DNA from: Candidatus Limnocylindrales bacterium
GTDB lineage: Bacteria; Chloroflexota; Limnocylindria; Limnocylindrales; CSP1-4
NCBI GenBank assembly: GCA_038245515.1
Contig: JBBRSJ010000003.1
Coordinates: 25,921-89,920, forward strand
Reading direction: 5' to 3'
Length of the DNA: 64,000 nucleotides
A model generated the notes under the pieces. It did no database searches. It worked only from the letters and a program-made list of their open reading frames with translations, and was not told where the DNA came from. This document shows positions 39,200-49,453 of the stretch, in pieces; position 1 is the first letter of the stretch, and the number at the start of each line of letters is the position of its first letter. The translations under genes were made by a program, and so were the position numbers.

Positions 39200-39721
39200 A
39201 TGTCTGCCGAGGAGCTTCGCGCCAAGATCCGCGAGATCCCCGACTTTCCGAAGCCCGGGATCCTCTTCTACGACATCACGACGCTCCTGAAGGACCGCGC
39301 CGCCTACAAGGAGGCGATCGACCTGATGCTCGAGCCGTACGTCGGCGAGAAGATCGACGTCGTCGTCGGCATGGAGTCGCGCGGGTTCATCTTCAGCTCG
39401 GCGATGGCGTACCAGCTGAACGCGGGCCTCGTCCCGGTTCGCAAGCTGGGCAAGCTGCCGGCCGAGACGATCACGGTCGAATACGCCCTCGAATACGGTT
39501 CGAACACCCTCGAGATCCACCGCGACGCGATCGAGCCCGGTCAGAAGGTCCTGATCGTGGACGATCTCCTCGCGACCGGCGGAACGGTCAAGGGCACGAT
39601 CGAGCTGATCGAGCGCCTCAAGGGCGACGTGGTCGGCCTGGCCTTCCTCGTCGAGCTCGACTTCCTGAAGGGCCGCGACCGGCTCGACGGCCGGCGGGTC
39701 ACCTCCGTCATCAAGTACTGA
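39200..39721 (+). CDS. apt: adenine phosphoribosyltransferase
   Basis: IREIPDFPKPGILFYDITTLL.. and the PRPP motif VLIVDDLLATGGT. SD ggagga lies upstream of ATG 39200. Confidence 0.93.
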   Translation: MSAEELRAKIREIPDFPKPGILFYDITTLLKDRAAYKEAIDLMLEPYVGEKIDVVVGMESRGFIFSSAMAYQLNAGLVPVRKLGKLPAETITVEYALEYGSNTLEIHRDAIEPGQKVLIVDDLLATGGTVKGTIELIERLKGDVVGLAFLVELDFLKGRDRLDGRRVTSVIKY

Positions 39722-39772
39722 GCCCGGCCCCCGATCGCCGCTGGCGACGAACCGGACCCGAGCGAGAGCGCA

Positions 39773-41284
39773 TTGGCCGACCCGACCCCCGACCCCGAGC
39801 CGCTGCCCGCGACGACGGCCGACGCCCCGGCCGCCCAGCCGGGTGACGGCGCGAACGGCACAGACGGGACGAACCTCGCCCGTCGACGGTTCTTCCGCCA
39901 GTTCGCCGGCGAGCTGATCTCGACGGCGGCGACCGTGGCCGGTGCGGCCCAGGCGCTCCAGCGGGCGTCGGCCGAGGCGGCCGGCGCGATCCTCGACCCG
40001 GTCGGGACCGCGGCTCGTGCCGAGGCCGCAGCCGTTCCGGACGTCGCCGCACCGGACCCCGACGCGCCGCCGAGCGGCTTCCGCACCCCGTTCCGCGAGG
40101 GCGATGCGGTCCTTTACCTGATCGACCAGCGGCTGCTCCCCGACCAGCTCGTGGAGGTCGAGGTCCGGAACGGGCCGGAGGCCGCGACCGCGATCCGCCA
40201 GATGGTCGTCCGGGGGGCGCCGGCGATCGGCCAAGTGGCCGCCATCGGCCTGGCGCTCTCGGCGGGGCGCTCGACCCAGACCCAACCCTACGCCCGACGG
40301 GCGATCATTCGCGGCGCCGCCGCGGCCCTTCGAGCCGCCCGGCCGACCGCCGTCAATCTCGGTTGGGCAGTCGACCGGATCATGGCGAGGTTCGAGGCGA
40401 TCGGCGACCTGTCCGAGGATGGCGAGGCGGTCGCGGCCGGCCTGCGGGCGGAGGCCGACGCGATCGTCTCCGAGGCGACCACTGACCATGGCCGGCTGGC
40501 GGAGTTCGGGCTGGCCGCATTGCCGGTCCGGGACTTCGGCCCGCTCCGGATCCTGACCCACTGCAACACTGGGCCACTCGCTTGCGGCCAGTTCGGGACC
40601 GCGCTCGGCATCGTCCAGGCCGCTCATTTCGCCGAGCGCGAGATCAGCGTCTGGGTCGACGAGACGCGACCTTATCTCCAGGGCGCGCGGCTGACGGCCT
40701 GGGAGCTCGAGCAGGCGGGCGTCCCCCACACGCTGATCGCCGACGTCGCCGCCGGCTTCCTGATGAGCCGCGGCGAGGTCGACGTCGTCCTCGTCGGGGC
40801 CGACCGGATCGCGGCCAACGGCGACACCGCGAACAAGGTCGGGACGTACCCGCTGGCCGTCCTCGCGGCCCGCCACGGAATCCCCTTCTACGTCTGCGCC
40901 CCGACAAGCTCGGTCGACATGGAGACGCCCGACGGAGCGTCGATCGAGATCGAGGAGCGCAACGGCGACGAGGTCCTCTTCTTCCGCGGCGTCCGCACGG
41001 CTCCGGCCGGGACCGAGGCCCGCAACCCGTCGTTTGACGTCACTCCGGCCGAGCTGATCACGGGGATCGTGACCGAGGAGGGCGTCCTCACGGTGCCGCT
41101 CGACACCGGCCTCCCAGCCGCGATCGCCGCCGCGAACGCGCGCTGGGCCCCGACGCGGTCCGTGCCGGCACCGATCTCCGCGGCGAGCTCGGCGGCGACG
41201 GCAGGCGCGGCGGCAGGCACGCAGGAGCCACCCGCCGGCTCGCTGACGCTGCCGCCCGGGTTCATCGCTCGAGGGGGCGACTGA
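39773..41284 (+). CDS. mtnA: S-methyl-5-thioribose-1-phosphate isomerase (MtnA/eIF-2B family) with N- and C-terminal extensions
   Basis: Core ..LYLIDQRLLPDQL..MVVRGAPAIG..GADRIAANGDTANKVGTYPLAVLA. The start is uncertain: TTG 39773 is the first in-frame start and GTG near 39931 is an alternative. Confidence 0.85.
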   Translation: MADPTPDPEPLPATTADAPAAQPGDGANGTDGTNLARRRFFRQFAGELISTAATVAGAAQALQRASAEAAGAILDPVGTAARAEAAAVPDVAAPDPDAPPSGFRTPFREGDAVLYLIDQRLLPDQLVEVEVRNGPEAATAIRQMVVRGAPAIGQVAAIGLALSAGRSTQTQPYARRAIIRGAAAALRAARPTAVNLGWAVDRIMARFEAIGDLSEDGEAVAAGLRAEADAIVSEATTDHGRLAEFGLAALPVRDFGPLRILTHCNTGPLACGQFGTALGIVQAAHFAEREISVWVDETRPYLQGARLTAWELEQAGVPHTLIADVAAGFLMSRGEVDVVLVGADRIAANGDTANKVGTYPLAVLAARHGIPFYVCAPTSSVDMETPDGASIEIEERNGDEVLFFRGVRTAPAGTEARNPSFDVTPAELITGIVTEEGVLTVPLDTGLPAAIAAANARWAPTRSVPAPISAASSAATAGAAAGTQEPPAGSLTLPPGFIARGGD

Positions 41285-42147
41285 TGGCGAGCGTGGCAGC
41301 CACGAATCGGCGGGTGCGCGGCCTCGCCACTCGGGCGGTGACCGACAAGGGCCAGCTCCGGGCGTTCCTCGAGACCGACCGGCTGTTCGCCGCCTACGCG
41401 ATCTGCGACCTCGAGGACCGCGAGTTCGGCAAGACCCGCTGGGGAGGGGCGTTCGAGGGGGAGCGGCTCGTGGCCCTGGCGCTCGAATATTCCGGCCTCA
41501 CGCCCCAGCCGATGTTCACGATGGGCCGCATCGAGGGGATCGAGACGATCCTGCGCGACGTCGTCCGGCCGCGTGCGGCATATGTCGCGGCGCTGCCGGA
41601 CGCGCTGCCCGCGGTCCAGAGCGTCTATCGCCTCGAGCCGGGGCCGCAAATGGTCCGGATGTGGGTCGACCGCGGGCGGTTCCGGCCCTACCCGGCCGAC
41701 GTGCGGCGCCTCCTTCCAACCGACATCGGCGACCTCAACCGGCTCTACCAGCTCGGGTTCGCCTCGTGGCTGCCGTCGGCTTCGATCGCCGACGGGGTGT
41801 ACTTCGGGATCCGGGTCGGCGGGCGGTTGGTGGCCGCGGCCGGCACCCACGTGATCAGCCGCGACGCGCGTCTCGCGGTCGTCGGCAACGTCCTGACCCA
41901 CGTCGACTACCGCGGCCGCGGGTTCGCGACCGCCGTCACCGGCGCAGTGACGGCAGAGCTCCTGCGGAGCTGCGACCAGGTCGTCCTCAACGTCCGCTCC
42001 GACAACCCGCCCGCGCTGCAGGCATACCGTCGGCTCGGCTATGCCGAGCACGTCCGGTTCGAGGAGCGCCTCGCTCATCGCCTCGGTTCGCCGTGGCCGG
42101 ACTTCACGGCTCCGATCCGCCGCTTGTTCACTCGCAGGGAGAACTGA
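41284..42147 (+). CDS. GNAT-family N-acetyltransferase
   Basis: The ATG overlaps the mtnA stop by 1 nt. The acetyl-CoA motif VGNVLTHVDYRGRGFATAVTGAV is present. Confidence 0.7.
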   Translation: MASVAATNRRVRGLATRAVTDKGQLRAFLETDRLFAAYAICDLEDREFGKTRWGGAFEGERLVALALEYSGLTPQPMFTMGRIEGIETILRDVVRPRAAYVAALPDALPAVQSVYRLEPGPQMVRMWVDRGRFRPYPADVRRLLPTDIGDLNRLYQLGFASWLPSASIADGVYFGIRVGGRLVAAAGTHVISRDARLAVVGNVLTHVDYRGRGFATAVTGAVTAELLRSCDQVVLNVRSDNPPALQAYRRLGYAEHVRFEERLAHRLGSPWPDFTAPIRRLFTRREN

Positions 42148-42153
42148 ATTTCC

Positions 42154-43470
42154 ATGACCGACACCGTCGCCCCGACCGGCAACCCGGGCCCGTCACCGAC
42201 CGCCGGCGCCCGGCCGGGCCATGACGTGACCGATCTCGGGCTCGCGTCGGAGGGCGTCCGCCGGATCGAGTGGGCCGAGCGGGAGATGCCGGTCCTGCGC
42301 CTGATCCGCGAGCGGTTCGAGCGAGAAAAGCCCCTCGCCGGGATCCGGATCGGGGCGTGCCTTCACGTCACGACCGAGACCGCGAACCTGATGCGGACGC
42401 TCAAGGCCGGCGGAGCCGAGGTTCATCTCGCCGCATCCAACCCGCTCTCGACCAAGGACGACGTCGCCGCCGCGCTGGTCGCGGAATACGGGATCGCGAC
42501 CTACGCCCGCCGCGGCGAGGACCGCGAGACGTATTACGCCCACCTGAACGCGATCGCCGACACCCGGCCGCAGATCACGATGGACGACGGCTGCGACCTC
42601 GTCTCGCTCCTCCACAGCGAGCGGCCGGACCAGGTCAAGGAGGTCCTCGCCGGGACCGAGGAGACGACGACGGGCGTGATCCGGCTCAAGGCCATGGCCG
42701 CCGACCACGCTCTCGGGTTCCCCGTCGTCGCGGTCAACGAGGCCCAGACCAAGCACCTCTTCGACAACCGGTACGGGACCGGCCAGAGCACGATCGACGG
42801 GATCCTGCGGGCGACGAACATCCTGCTCGCCGGACGGAACGTCGTCGTCGCCGGCTACGGCTGGGTGGGGAAGGGGATCGCGTCACGGATGGACGGGATG
42901 GGCGCCCACGTCGCGGTGATCGAGGTCGACCCGGTCCGCGCCCTCGAGGCGCTGATGGACGGGTTCCGGGTGATGACGGTCGCCGAGGCAGCCCCGTGGG
43001 GCCAGCTGTTCGTGACCGCGACGGGCAACGTCAATGTCTTCCGACGCGAGCACTTCGCGGTGATGCGCGAGGGAGCGGTGATGGCCAACTCCGGCCATTT
43101 CGACGCCGAGCTGGACCTCCAAGCCCTCCGCGAGATGGCCGAGGGCCACGTCCGCGAGGTCCGCGAGAACGTCCAGGAGTTCGACATCGGCGGCCGCAAG
43201 ATCAACCTGATCGCGGAGGGCCGGCTCGTCAACCTCGGGGCGGCCGAGGGCCATCCCGCGGCGGTCATGGACATGAGCTTCGCGAACCAGGCGCTGTCCG
43301 CGGAGTACGTTGTTCAGCACCACGCCGAGCTCACGCCGCAGGTCTACGTCGTGCCCGAGGCGATCGACGCGGAGGTGGCGCGGCTGAAGCTCGCCGCGCT
43401 CGGGATCACGCTCGACGGGATGACCGCGGAGCAGAAGGAATACGTCTCGTCGTGGCAGCACGGGACCTGA
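42154..43470 (+). CDS. ahcY: adenosylhomocysteinase
   Basis: 438 aa with ..[33 protein letters not shown].. and the NAD site [14 protein letters not shown]. Confidence 0.95.
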   Translation: MTDTVAPTGNPGPSPTAGARPGHDVTDLGLASEGVRRIEWAEREMPVLRLIRERFEREKPLAGIRIGACLHVTTETANLMRTLKAGGAEVHLAASNPLSTKDDVAAALVAEYGIATYARRGEDRETYYAHLNAIADTRPQITMDDGCDLVSLLHSERPDQVKEVLAGTEETTTGVIRLKAMAADHALGFPVVAVNEAQTKHLFDNRYGTGQSTIDGILRATNILLAGRNVVVAGYGWVGKGIASRMDGMGAHVAVIEVDPVRALEALMDGFRVMTVAEAAPWGQLFVTATGNVNVFRREHFAVMREGAVMANSGHFDAELDLQALREMAEGHVREVRENVQEFDIGGRKINLIAEGRLVNLGAAEGHPAAVMDMSFANQALSAEYVVQHHAELTPQVYVVPEAIDAEVARLKLAALGITLDGMTAEQKEYVSSWQHGT

Positions 43471-43483
43471 GCGGGCCGCGAGC

Positions 43484-45535
43484 ATGACCAGTCCGGCCGA
43501 CCCGCGGGGCGCGACGCTGACGGTCGCGCCGTATGGCGCTTGGCCGTCGCCGTTCGCCATCGAGCTGCTGACCCGCGGCGCGGTCACCCTCGGCGACATC
43601 GGTGCGGCCGGCGGCCGGCGCTGGTGGCTCGAGGGCCGGCCGGAGGAGGGCGGACGCCAGGTCCTCGTCCGCCGCGCGCCCGACGGTACGATCGTCCGCC
43701 TCTCGCCCGAGGGCTTCAACGTCCGCGACCGGGTTCACGAGTACGGCGGGGGCGCCTTCCTCCACGAGGACGACCTCGTCCTCGTCTCGGACTTCACGAC
43801 GGGCCGCCTTCACCGCGTCGTCGCGCCCGAGGTCCTCGAGCCGCTGACGCCCGCGGACCGCGCCTGGCGCTTCGCGGACCTGTCGCTCGACCGGGCTCGC
43901 AACCGGGTCCTCGCGATCTGCGAAGACCATGAGCCCGCCACGCTGGCGCTGCACGGCGAGGCCGAGAACACGGTCGTCGCGATCGACCTCGACGACGGCG
44001 CGGTCACCGTCCTTGCCGAGGGCTCGGACTTCTTCGCCGCGCCCCGCCTGTCGCCGGACGGATCGCAGCTCGCGTGGCTCCGCTGGGACCACCCGAACCT
44101 GCCGTGGGACGGGACGGAGCTCGTCCTTGCCGATCTCGGCCCCGATGGACGGCCCGCAGACGCCCGCGTCGTCGCCGGCAGCCCAGCCGACTGGATCTCC
44201 CAGCCACGGTGGTCGCCGGCCGGCGTCCTCTATTTCGCGGCCGAGCCGGACGGCTGGATGAACCTGTTCCGGCTGACTGCGGACGACCGGATCGAGCGTG
44301 CGAGCGAGGCGCTTGAGGCGGAGTTCGCGTTCCCGGACTGGGTGTTCGGCCTGGCGAGCTACGCGTTCGCCGCGGATGGCTCGATCGTCGCCGTCGGCCG
44401 CAGCCGCGGGCGCGACCGCCTGTACGGGATCGGAGCGGATGGGTCCGTGATGCCGTACGACCTGCCGTTCAGCGAGATGAGCAATATCGCGATCGACGGC
44501 TCCACGGCCGTCCTTCGGGCCGCCGCCACCGACCGGCCGTGGGCGATCGTCGAGGTCGACCTGGCCACGGGCTTATCGACCGCCCTGAGCCGCTCCATCG
44601 GACTTGAGGTCGATCCGGGCGACGTCTCCCTCGGCGAGCACGTCGAGTTCCCGACCGACGGCGATCGGACTGCGTTCGGGATCCTCTATCGTCCGACCAG
44701 CAGCTTCTGCCGCGGCCCGGAGGCGACTCTTCCGCCGTTGATCGTCACGAGCCACGGCGGTCCGACAGCACAAGCCTCGACCGCGCTCGCCGTCCCGATC
44801 CAGCTGTTCACGAGCCGCGGTTTCATGGTCCTTGACGTCGACTACGGTGGCTCGACGGGCTACGGCCGCGACTACCGCAAGCGACTCGAGGGCCAGTGGG
44901 GAGTCGTCGACCGGGCCGACTGCGTGGCCGGCGCGCGCTGGCTCGCCGCAGAGGGCATGGTCGACGAATCGCGCATGGCGATCCGGGGCGGCAGCGCCAG
45001 CGGCTACACGACCCTCTGCGCGGTCACGTTCAGCGATGCGTTCTCGGCCGGGACGAGCTACTTCGGCATCGGCGACCTCGAGACGTTCGTCGCCCAGACC
45101 CACAAGTTCGAGTCGCGCTACGTCGTCCGCCTGGTCGGCCCTTATCCGGAGCGGAAGGACCTGTATCGCGCTCGCTCGCCGCTGAACTTTGCCGACCGGA
45201 TCTCCTGCCCGGTCCTGATCCTCCAGGGCGCGGAGGACCGGATCGTCCCGCCGGCCCAGGCCGAGCAGATCGTCGACGTCCTCTGGGAGCAGCACCTCCC
45301 CCACGCCTACCTGCTGTTCCCGGGCGAGGACCACGGATTCCGTGCGGCCGCCAACATCATCCGCTCGTTCGAGGCGGAGCTGTCGTTCTACGGTCAGGTC
45401 TTCGGCTTCGAGCCGGCCGACGGCATCGAGCCGATCACGGTCGAGTTCCTTGACGGTGCGGCGCCCCTCGGGGATGGGACACCGCCACCGGCTGGCGCCG
45501 CGACCCCGGTCACGGGCCGACCTGTGCCGCGATGA
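43484..45535 (+). CDS. S9-family serine peptidase (prolyl oligopeptidase/acylaminoacyl-peptidase-like)
   Basis: 683 aa. An N-terminal beta-propeller region is followed by the catalytic GGSASGYTT (GxSxGG) and a C-terminal ..EDHGF. Confidence 0.85.
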   Translation: MTSPADPRGATLTVAPYGAWPSPFAIELLTRGAVTLGDIGAAGGRRWWLEGRPEEGGRQVLVRRAPDGTIVRLSPEGFNVRDRVHEYGGGAFLHEDDLVLVSDFTTGRLHRVVAPEVLEPLTPADRAWRFADLSLDRARNRVLAICEDHEPATLALHGEAENTVVAIDLDDGAVTVLAEGSDFFAAPRLSPDGSQLAWLRWDHPNLPWDGTELVLADLGPDGRPADARVVAGSPADWISQPRWSPAGVLYFAAEPDGWMNLFRLTADDRIERASEALEAEFAFPDWVFGLASYAFAADGSIVAVGRSRGRDRLYGIGADGSVMPYDLPFSEMSNIAIDGSTAVLRAAATDRPWAIVEVDLATGLSTALSRSIGLEVDPGDVSLGEHVEFPTDGDRTAFGILYRPTSSFCRGPEATLPPLIVTSHGGPTAQASTALAVPIQLFTSRGFMVLDVDYGGSTGYGRDYRKRLEGQWGVVDRADCVAGARWLAAEGMVDESRMAIRGGSASGYTTLCAVTFSDAFSAGTSYFGIGDLETFVAQTHKFESRYVVRLVGPYPERKDLYRARSPLNFADRISCPVLILQGAEDRIVPPAQAEQIVDVLWEQHLPHAYLLFPGEDHGFRAAANIIRSFEAELSFYGQVFGFEPADGIEPITVEFLDGAAPLGDGTPPPAGAATPVTGRPVPR

Positions 45536-46889
45536 TCTGCGCGTCGGTGCCAGGCGGGATCGGGATCGCGGCGACGACCTTCGAGTCGAGGGAGACCAGG
45601 ACCAGCTCGGCCGCCGCCGTCGGCCGGCTGACGAACAGCGCCAGCGCCGCATAGCGTCCACTCACGCCGACGAAGGCTGCGGCCGTCAGCGGTCCGGTCT
45701 CGAGGATCGGCGGCCCGGCGGTCCCGTCGAGCCCGAACTTTGCGAGGGTCACCTGATCTGGATAGATCAGGGTGTTGGCCGAGACCGCGTACAGGCCACC
45801 GTCATTGCCCCATTCCGCCGCGATCGTGGCGGGACCCGGCAGCGCGAAGGCAAAGCCCGAGTCGGGGTTGCGGACCTCGACGATCCGCGGTCCGCCGACC
45901 GCGTCGGTCCCGATCCGCCAGGTCGCCGTTCGGCCGGTGGCCGGGTCGACCGTTCGCGTGCCGAGCGTCCCGGGCCTCGGCACCAGCCCGTCGGGCCGGC
46001 CGACGCCGAAGTCCATGATCCGCTCGACGCGCCTGCCGTCGCTCGACACGCGGAACTGGCCGATCAGGATTCCGAGCTCGGGCGAGATCACGCCGCCGTA
46101 GATCCATGCCCCATCCGCCGAGAACCCGAGCGGCACTGTCCGCGGCTCCGTCGCCGGCAGGCTGATCGAGCCGTTCGGGATCGGGCTCGGCAGGAACACG
46201 TCGCCGGGCAAGTGGACCAGGCGCTCGGCCGTCGTTCCGGCCGCGTCGACCGTCACGAGGTGCCACACCCGCGGCCGGCCGCTGGTCACGACGAGCCGGC
46301 CGTCGGCCGACCAGAGCGCGCCTGACGCCGCCGTCAACCCGGTTCCGGACCACCTCAGCTTGCCGTCGCCATCGAGCAACCGGGCCCGATCGCCAGTGTC
46401 CCCGGCATCCGTTCCAAGTGACAGGAGCAGGAGACGGTCGCCGATCGGGGCGAGGACAGGAAAGATCGTGTCCGACGCGCCGACGGCTGGCGGCAGCGGA
46501 ACCTCGCGGATCGTGGCCAGGCCCTGGCCGGCGATCCACGAGCGGATCCTGAGGGCGGTCGCGGTCCGCTCGACGAACGTCACGGTCGGATCGCCGGGCA
46601 TGGCGCGATCCGCGGCAGCCACGAGCGCCTCGACCCGGGCCCGGTTCGGAGGCCGCGCGGCCGGGCCCGAGGCGGAGGCCGTCGGAGCCGGGACGGCCGC
46701 CCGACCGGACCCGACCGGAGCCGCGATGCCCTGGGGAGCGCCGACTCCGATATGGGCGAGCACGAACGCGGATCCGATCGCCGCCGCGATCGTGAAGGCG
46801 ACGGCCGCCGCCCGTCGCGTCTGGCCGCGGCCACCGGCGATCCGCTCGACCGGGGCATCGTAGCAAGCGTCGGGACGCGGATCGCTCAC
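45510..46889 (-). CDS. membrane-anchored hypothetical protein, beta-propeller-like
   Basis: 459 aa. An N-terminal TM segment ([20 protein letters not shown]) is followed by repeated ..S(A)DG..L/I.. strands. The GTG start overlaps the kynU stop (GTGA). The 3' end overlaps the convergent S9 gene by 26 nt. Confidence 0.55.
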   Translation of the reverse strand: MSDPRPDACYDAPVERIAGGRGQTRRAAAVAFTIAAAIGSAFVLAHIGVGAPQGIAAPVGSGRAAVPAPTASASGPAARPPNRARVEALVAAADRAMPGDPTVTFVERTATALRIRSWIAGQGLATIREVPLPPAVGASDTIFPVLAPIGDRLLLLSLGTDAGDTGDRARLLDGDGKLRWSGTGLTAASGALWSADGRLVVTSGRPRVWHLVTVDAAGTTAERLVHLPGDVFLPSPIPNGSISLPATEPRTVPLGFSADGAWIYGGVISPELGILIGQFRVSSDGRRVERIMDFGVGRPDGLVPRPGTLGTRTVDPATGRTATWRIGTDAVGGPRIVEVRNPDSGFAFALPGPATIAAEWGNDGGLYAVSANTLIYPDQVTLAKFGLDGTAGPPILETGPLTAAAFVGVSGRYAALALFVSRPTAAAELVLVSLDSKVVAAIPIPPGTDAQIIAAQVGP

Positions 46890-48145
46890 GGAGTCGCGCC
46901 GGCGACCTCGCCGCCCCCGGCGATCTCGCGCAGAGTGGCCATGCCCCGGGCCACGTCGCCGAAGCTCGTCGTCAGCGGCGAGAGCCCGAGCCGGATCGTG
47001 TCCGGCGTGCGGAAGTCGGGCAGCACGCCGGCGTCGATGAGCCGGCGGGTGAGGGCCCGGGCGTCAGCTCGTCGGATCGACACGTGGGCGCCGCGCCGGG
47101 CCGCTTCGCGAGGGCTCCCGAGGCTGAAGCCGAGCGGAGCCAGCCAGGCATCATGGAGGGCGATCGCATACTCGGTCAGGGCGATGCCCTTCGTGCGGAT
47201 CGCATCGACTCCAGCCTCGATCGAGATACGGATCCCCTCCTCGGCCGCCGCGAGGCCGAGGACACCCGGTGTCCCCGTGAGCCAACCGCCGATCCCCTCG
47301 ATCGGCCGGAATCCCTGGCCCATCTCGAACTGATCGGCCTGCCCGAACCAGCCCTGGATCGGGTTGCGGAGCGCCGCCTGGAGATCGCGCCGGATGAAGA
47401 GGTACCCCGGCGCCCCCGGACCGCCATTGAGGTACTTGTAGGTGCAGCCGACCGCGAGATCGACCTCGTGCTCGTCGAGCCCGACGGGGATCGCCCCGGC
47501 CGAGTGCGACAGGTCCCACAGCACGAGCGCCCCGGCCTCGTGAGCGAGGGCGCTGATCCGCGGCAGGTCGGCGATCGCCGCCGATCGGTAGTTGACGTGG
47601 CTAAGCGTGACCAGCGCGACGTCGCCGGGGTGCGCCGCCAGCGCCGCGGCCACGTCGTCGACCGTCGGGCCGTCGATCGGGTCCGGGTCGAGCCAGCCGA
47701 TCTCGCGGTCGCGGTCGCGGGCGAGGCCCTCGAGGACATAGCGGTCGGTCGGGAAGTTCGCCCGGTCGGTGACGACGAAGCGGCGTCCCGGCCGGGCGTC
47801 GAGCGCCGCGCTGGCGAGGCGGTAGAAGTCGACCGTCGTGGAATCGCAGATCGCGACCTCGTCGGGGCCGGCGCCGAGGAGCCCGGTACCGAGCAGGTCG
47901 CCGACCCGTTGCGGCTCGGCCAGCCAGTGATCCCATCCCCGGATCAGCTCGCCCGCCCATTCCTCGGTTGCGACCCGGGCGAGGCGCTCGATCGCGCGGA
48001 GCGGCGGCCGGCCGAGGGAGTTGCCGTCGAGGTAGACCATTGCGGGGTCGGGAATGACGAAGCGGCGGCGGAAGGGGGCGAGAGGGTCGGCCGCGTCGAG
48101 ATCGGCCGGATCGGCAGTCGCGATCGGAGCCGGCTGGGTGGTCAT
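46886..48145 (-). CDS. kynU: kynureninase
   Basis: 419 aa with ..[11 protein letters not shown].. and the PLP-lysine region [18 protein letters not shown], characteristic of kynureninase. Confidence 0.88.
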   Translation of the reverse strand: MTTQPAPIATADPADLDAADPLAPFRRRFVIPDPAMVYLDGNSLGRPPLRAIERLARVATEEWAGELIRGWDHWLAEPQRVGDLLGTGLLGAGPDEVAICDSTTVDFYRLASAALDARPGRRFVVTDRANFPTDRYVLEGLARDRDREIGWLDPDPIDGPTVDDVAAALAAHPGDVALVTLSHVNYRSAAIADLPRISALAHEAGALVLWDLSHSAGAIPVGLDEHEVDLAVGCTYKYLNGGPGAPGYLFIRRDLQAALRNPIQGWFGQADQFEMGQGFRPIEGIGGWLTGTPGVLGLAAAEEGIRISIEAGVDAIRTKGIALTEYAIALHDAWLAPLGFSLGSPREAARRGAHVSIRRADARALTRRLIDAGVLPDFRTPDTIRLGLSPLTTSFGDVARGMATLREIAGGGEVAGATP

Positions 48146-48229
48146 CGCCGGAGTCTAGTCCGCGACGTGGCGCGGGAGCCGCGGGCCGATCCGGTGATAC
48201 CCTCCGGGCAATCCACGCTGAGGGCCCAG

Positions 48230-49453
48230 ATGACGAGCATTGTCGACGCGTCGCAGTACCTGTTCACCTCGGAATCGGTGACCGAGGGTCATCCCGACAA
48301 GATGTGCGACCAGATCTCGGACGCGATCCTCGACGAGATCATCCGCGACGACCCGTACGCCCGCGTCGCGTGCGAGACGGCCACGACCACAGGGCTCGTC
48401 CTCGTCCTCGGCGAGATCACGACCAACACCTACATCGACTTCCAGACCATCGTCCGCGACACGGTCCGCGACATCGGCTACACGAAGGCCGAGTACGGCT
48501 TCGACTATCAGACCTGCGGGACGCTCGTCTCGGTCAAGGGCCAATCGCCAGATATCGCCCAGGGCGTGAACTCGGCCCTCGAGGTCCGCGAGGACGCGGC
48601 TGCCAATGAGCTTGGTGCCGGCGACCAGGGAATGATGTTCGGGTTCGCCTGCCGCGAGACGCCGGAGCTGATGCCGCTCCCGATCGCCCTCGCCCACCGG
48701 ATGGCGTGGCGACTGGCCGAGAGCCGCAAGTCGGGGCAGCTGCCCTATCTCCGGCCGGACGGCAAGACCCAGGTGACCGTCGAGTACGAGCGCGGCATCC
48801 CGAAGCGGGTGCGGACGGTCGTGCTCGCTGCCCAGCACGACCCCGATGTCCGGTTCGATCAGCTCCAGGACGACATCATCGAGGCGGTGATCCTGCCGAC
48901 CATCCCGGCCGACCTTCGCGACACCGACCCCGTGATGCACGTCAACCCGACCGGCCGGTTCGTGACGGGCGGGCCAATGGGCGACGCGGGCCTAACGGGC
49001 CGCAAGATCATCGTCGACAGCTACGGCGGGATGGCGCGTCACGGCGGTGGTGCGTTCTCCGGCAAGGATCCGACGAAGGTCGACCGGTCGGCGGCCTACG
49101 CGGCGCGGTGGGTCGCGAAGAACGTCGTGGCCGCCGGCCTCGCGGATCGGTTCGAGGTCGAGATCGCCTACGGCATCGGCATCGCCCGGCCAATCTCCTT
49201 CTCGGTCGAATCGTTCGGGACCGGCAAGCTCCCGGACGACGAGCTCCAGCGCCTGATCGAGCGCCACTTCGACCTCCGTCCCGCGTCGATCATCGCGGCG
49301 CTCGACCTGCGCCGGCCGATCTACCGCCAGACCGCGGCGTACGGCCATTTCGGGCGGCCCGAGCTCGACCTGCCCTGGGAGCGGACCGACATGGCGGCTC
49401 TCCTCGCGTCGGAGGCCGGCGTCAGCCTCCCGGAGCCCGTTCCCGCGGCATGA
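48230..49453 (+). CDS. metK: S-adenosylmethionine synthetase
   Basis: ..[24 protein letters not shown].., [12 protein letters not shown] and [16 protein letters not shown]. The start is at ATG 48230. Confidence 0.97.
   Translation: MTSIVDASQYLFTSESVTEGHPDKMCDQISDAILDEIIRDDPYARVACETATTTGLVLVLGEITTNTYIDFQTIVRDTVRDIGYTKAEYGFDYQTCGTLVSVKGQSPDIAQGVNSALEVREDAAANELGAGDQGMMFGFACRETPELMPLPIALAHRMAWRLAESRKSGQLPYLRPDGKTQVTVEYERGIPKRVRTVVLAAQHDPDVRFDQLQDDIIEAVILPTIPADLRDTDPVMHVNPTGRFVTGGPMGDAGLTGRKIIVDSYGGMARHGGGAFSGKDPTKVDRSAAYAARWVAKNVVAAGLADRFEVEIAYGIGIARPISFSVESFGTGKLPDDELQRLIERHFDLRPASIIAALDLRRPIYRQTAAYGHFGRPELDLPWERTDMAALLASEAGVSLPEPVPAA

Noticed and set aside
36580-40876. 625-aa (36580-38457) and 639-aa (38957-40876) minus-strand ORFs.
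   Set aside because: They are antisense to the ThuA/MFS and apt/mtnA genes respectively. They have no recognisable domains and an arginine/proline-rich composition.
47084-48229. 382-aa N-terminal extension of metK (789-aa track ORF). The same pattern applies to extensions of the DinB-like, prmA, dnaJ, ybeY, apt, Gfo and ThuA ORFs.
   Set aside because: The extension runs antisense through kynU. The MetK homology begins at [24 protein letters not shown] (ATG 48230).
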